From positions 248,838-312,837 of the forward strand of contig NZ_CBDCAT010000026.1 of NCBI RefSeq assembly GCF_965214065.1: a stretch of DNA of 64,000 nucleotides, written 5' to 3'. How positions within the stretch are numbered: position 1 is the first letter of the stretch; each line of letters begins with the position of its first letter. A program made the translations under genes and the position numbers. The notes below the pieces were generated by a model. It did not search any database. It saw only the letters and a program-made list of their open reading frames with translations, and was not told the origin of the DNA. Positions 62,851-64,000 of the stretch are shown here, piece by piece. Origin of the DNA: Candidatus Poriferisocius sp. Its GTDB lineage: Bacteria; Actinomycetota; Acidimicrobiia; Acidimicrobiales; Bin134.

Positions 62851-63984
62851 ATGCGAATTGGGGTTCCGAAGGAAATAAAGAGCGAAGAGCGTCGAGTGGC
62901 CTTGACTCCCGGTGGTGCCACCGAACTGGTAAGCCGTGGTCATCAGGTGATCGTGGAGAGCGGGGGCGGCGCAGGGGCAGGCTTCACCGACGAGGAGTAT
63001 GTCGCTCACGGCGCGCGCATTGCCGATTCCGCCGCAATGGTGTTCGACCAGGCTGAGATGATTGTGAAGGTCAAAGAACCCCAGGCCGAGGAGCGAGCCC
63101 GCCTCAGAGACGACCAAGTGATCTTCACCTATCTGCACCTGGCCGCAGACGCAGTGCAGACTGCGGAATTGGCCGAACGGGGAGTCACGGCCATCGCCTA
63201 CGAATCGGTGGTTGGGCCCAATGGAGGTTTGCCCTTGTTGGCGCCCATGTCGCAGGTGGCCGGGCGAATGTCGATTCAGGCTGGGGCCCACTGCTTGGAA
63301 TCCTCGCAAGGCGGACGGGGCGTGTTGCTGGGTGGTGTCCCCGGCGTGGCACCGGCAAAGGCAGTGATCCTCGGCGGAGGCGTCGTCGGACGCAACGCCG
63401 TGCAGATGGCCGTCGGCCTCGGCGCCGATGTGACGGTGATCGACCGGGACGTCGAAGTGTTGGAGGGCCTGAGCTCCAGGTACAGCTCGGCGTTGCACAC
63501 CTTGCACTCCAGCGGCGGCGCCCTGGAAGAGGCGGTTCTCGGTGCCGACTTGGTGATCGGAGCAGTCCTCATCCGAGGGGCACGAGCCCCGCGCCTGGTC
63601 ACCGCCGAGATGATCAAGATGATGCGGCCTCGCTCGGCGGTGGTGGATGTGGCCATCGACCAGGGCGGCTGCATCGAGACTTCTAGGCCCACCACGCACG
63701 CCAGCCCCACCTTTCTGGCTTACGACGTGGTTCACTACTGCGTGGCCAACATGCCCGGCGCAGTACCCCGGACGTCCACGTTCGCTCTGGAGAACGCCAC
63801 GCTCCCCTACATAGTGAAGCTGGCCGATCTGGGGCCCACAGAGGCCATGCGTTCTGATGCTGGACTACGGGCCGGCCTGTCGGTCTGCCGAGGGCAGATC
63901 ACCGAGCCAGCCGTAGCTGAGTCGCTCGGCTTCAGCCACACCTCTCCCGAGGACATGCTGGGTCTGACCAGGCACGCTGCCTAG
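62851..63984 (+). CDS. ald: alanine dehydrogenase
   Basis: Internal ATG (MRIGVPKEIKSEERRVALTP). NAD fold VILGGGVVG. 377 aa. GGAGG Shine-Dalgarno sequence upstream. Confidence 0.93.
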   Translation: MRIGVPKEIKSEERRVALTPGGATELVSRGHQVIVESGGGAGAGFTDEEYVAHGARIADSAAMVFDQAEMIVKVKEPQAEERARLRDDQVIFTYLHLAADAVQTAELAERGVTAIAYESVVGPNGGLPLLAPMSQVAGRMSIQAGAHCLESSQGGRGVLLGGVPGVAPAKAVILGGGVVGRNAVQMAVGLGADVTVIDRDVEVLEGLSSRYSSALHTLHSSGGALEEAVLGADLVIGAVLIRGARAPRLVTAEMIKMMRPRSAVVDVAIDQGGCIETSRPTTHASPTFLAYDVVHYCVANMPGAVPRTSTFALENATLPYIVKLADLGPTEAMRSDAGLRAGLSVCRGQITEPAVAESLGFSHTSPEDMLGLTRHAA

Positions 63985-64000
63985 GCGACACACCACTAGA

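Noticed and set aside
1-64000. Mobile elements, integrases, rRNA/tRNA genes, CRISPR-Cas and toxin-antitoxin pairs
   Set aside because: No transposase or integrase motifs, terminal repeats with coding cargo, or structured RNA genes were recognised in any intergenic gap. The only sizeable gaps were inspected individually: 5541-5717, 9058-9151, 21052-21148, 32025-32189, 37884-38043 and 62670-62850.

Overview
High-GC, densely coding chromosomal segment from an Actinomycetota genome. An Acidimicrobiia-like lineage is my guess from gene content only. I recognised no rRNA, tRNA, CRISPR array, transposase or integrase. (1) 4.5-17.6 kb holds a complete, translationally coupled Pup-proteasome cluster (trmI, ferredoxin, arc/mpa, dop, pup, prcB, prcA, pafA, pafB, pafC). 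It is followed by lepB, an inverted pair (His-tailed orphan ABC ATPase plus a glycerophosphodiesterase) and tatA-tatC. (2) 24.2-32.0 kb holds a ten-gene, almost fully overlapping minus-strand operon for a non-canonical Tad-like apparatus: CpaB-like protein, N-terminally extended TadA ATPase, TadB/C-like proteins, an atypical 67-aa pilin candidate and three TadE-like proteins. The operon is led by a Cys-rich lipoprotein and a secreted protein with an HExxH motif, Pro/Thr repeats and 19 consecutive prolines. It lies downstream of a 30% GC palindromic control region. This is the best candidate for an undescribed system. (3) An MpaB-family oxygenase plus MMPL transporter, a 15-bp perfect inverted repeat that embraces two convergent stop codons, and a divergent ICL2 / malate synthase G pair. 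(4) 47-60 kb is a tailoring/catabolic island: sulfotransferase, P450, second MpaB, SDRs, amidohydrolase, SMP-30, kinase, methyltransferase, cupin and MFS. (5) 60.6-64 kb holds an Lrp/AsnC-led operon whose last ORF is interrupted by an in-frame TGA in a GG-U-GSC context, with a SECIS-like hairpin downstream (candidate selenoprotein). It is divergent from alanine dehydrogenase. All family calls come from by-eye motif recognition, because no searches could be run. Many long antisense ORFs in the track are high-GC shadow ORFs and were ignored.
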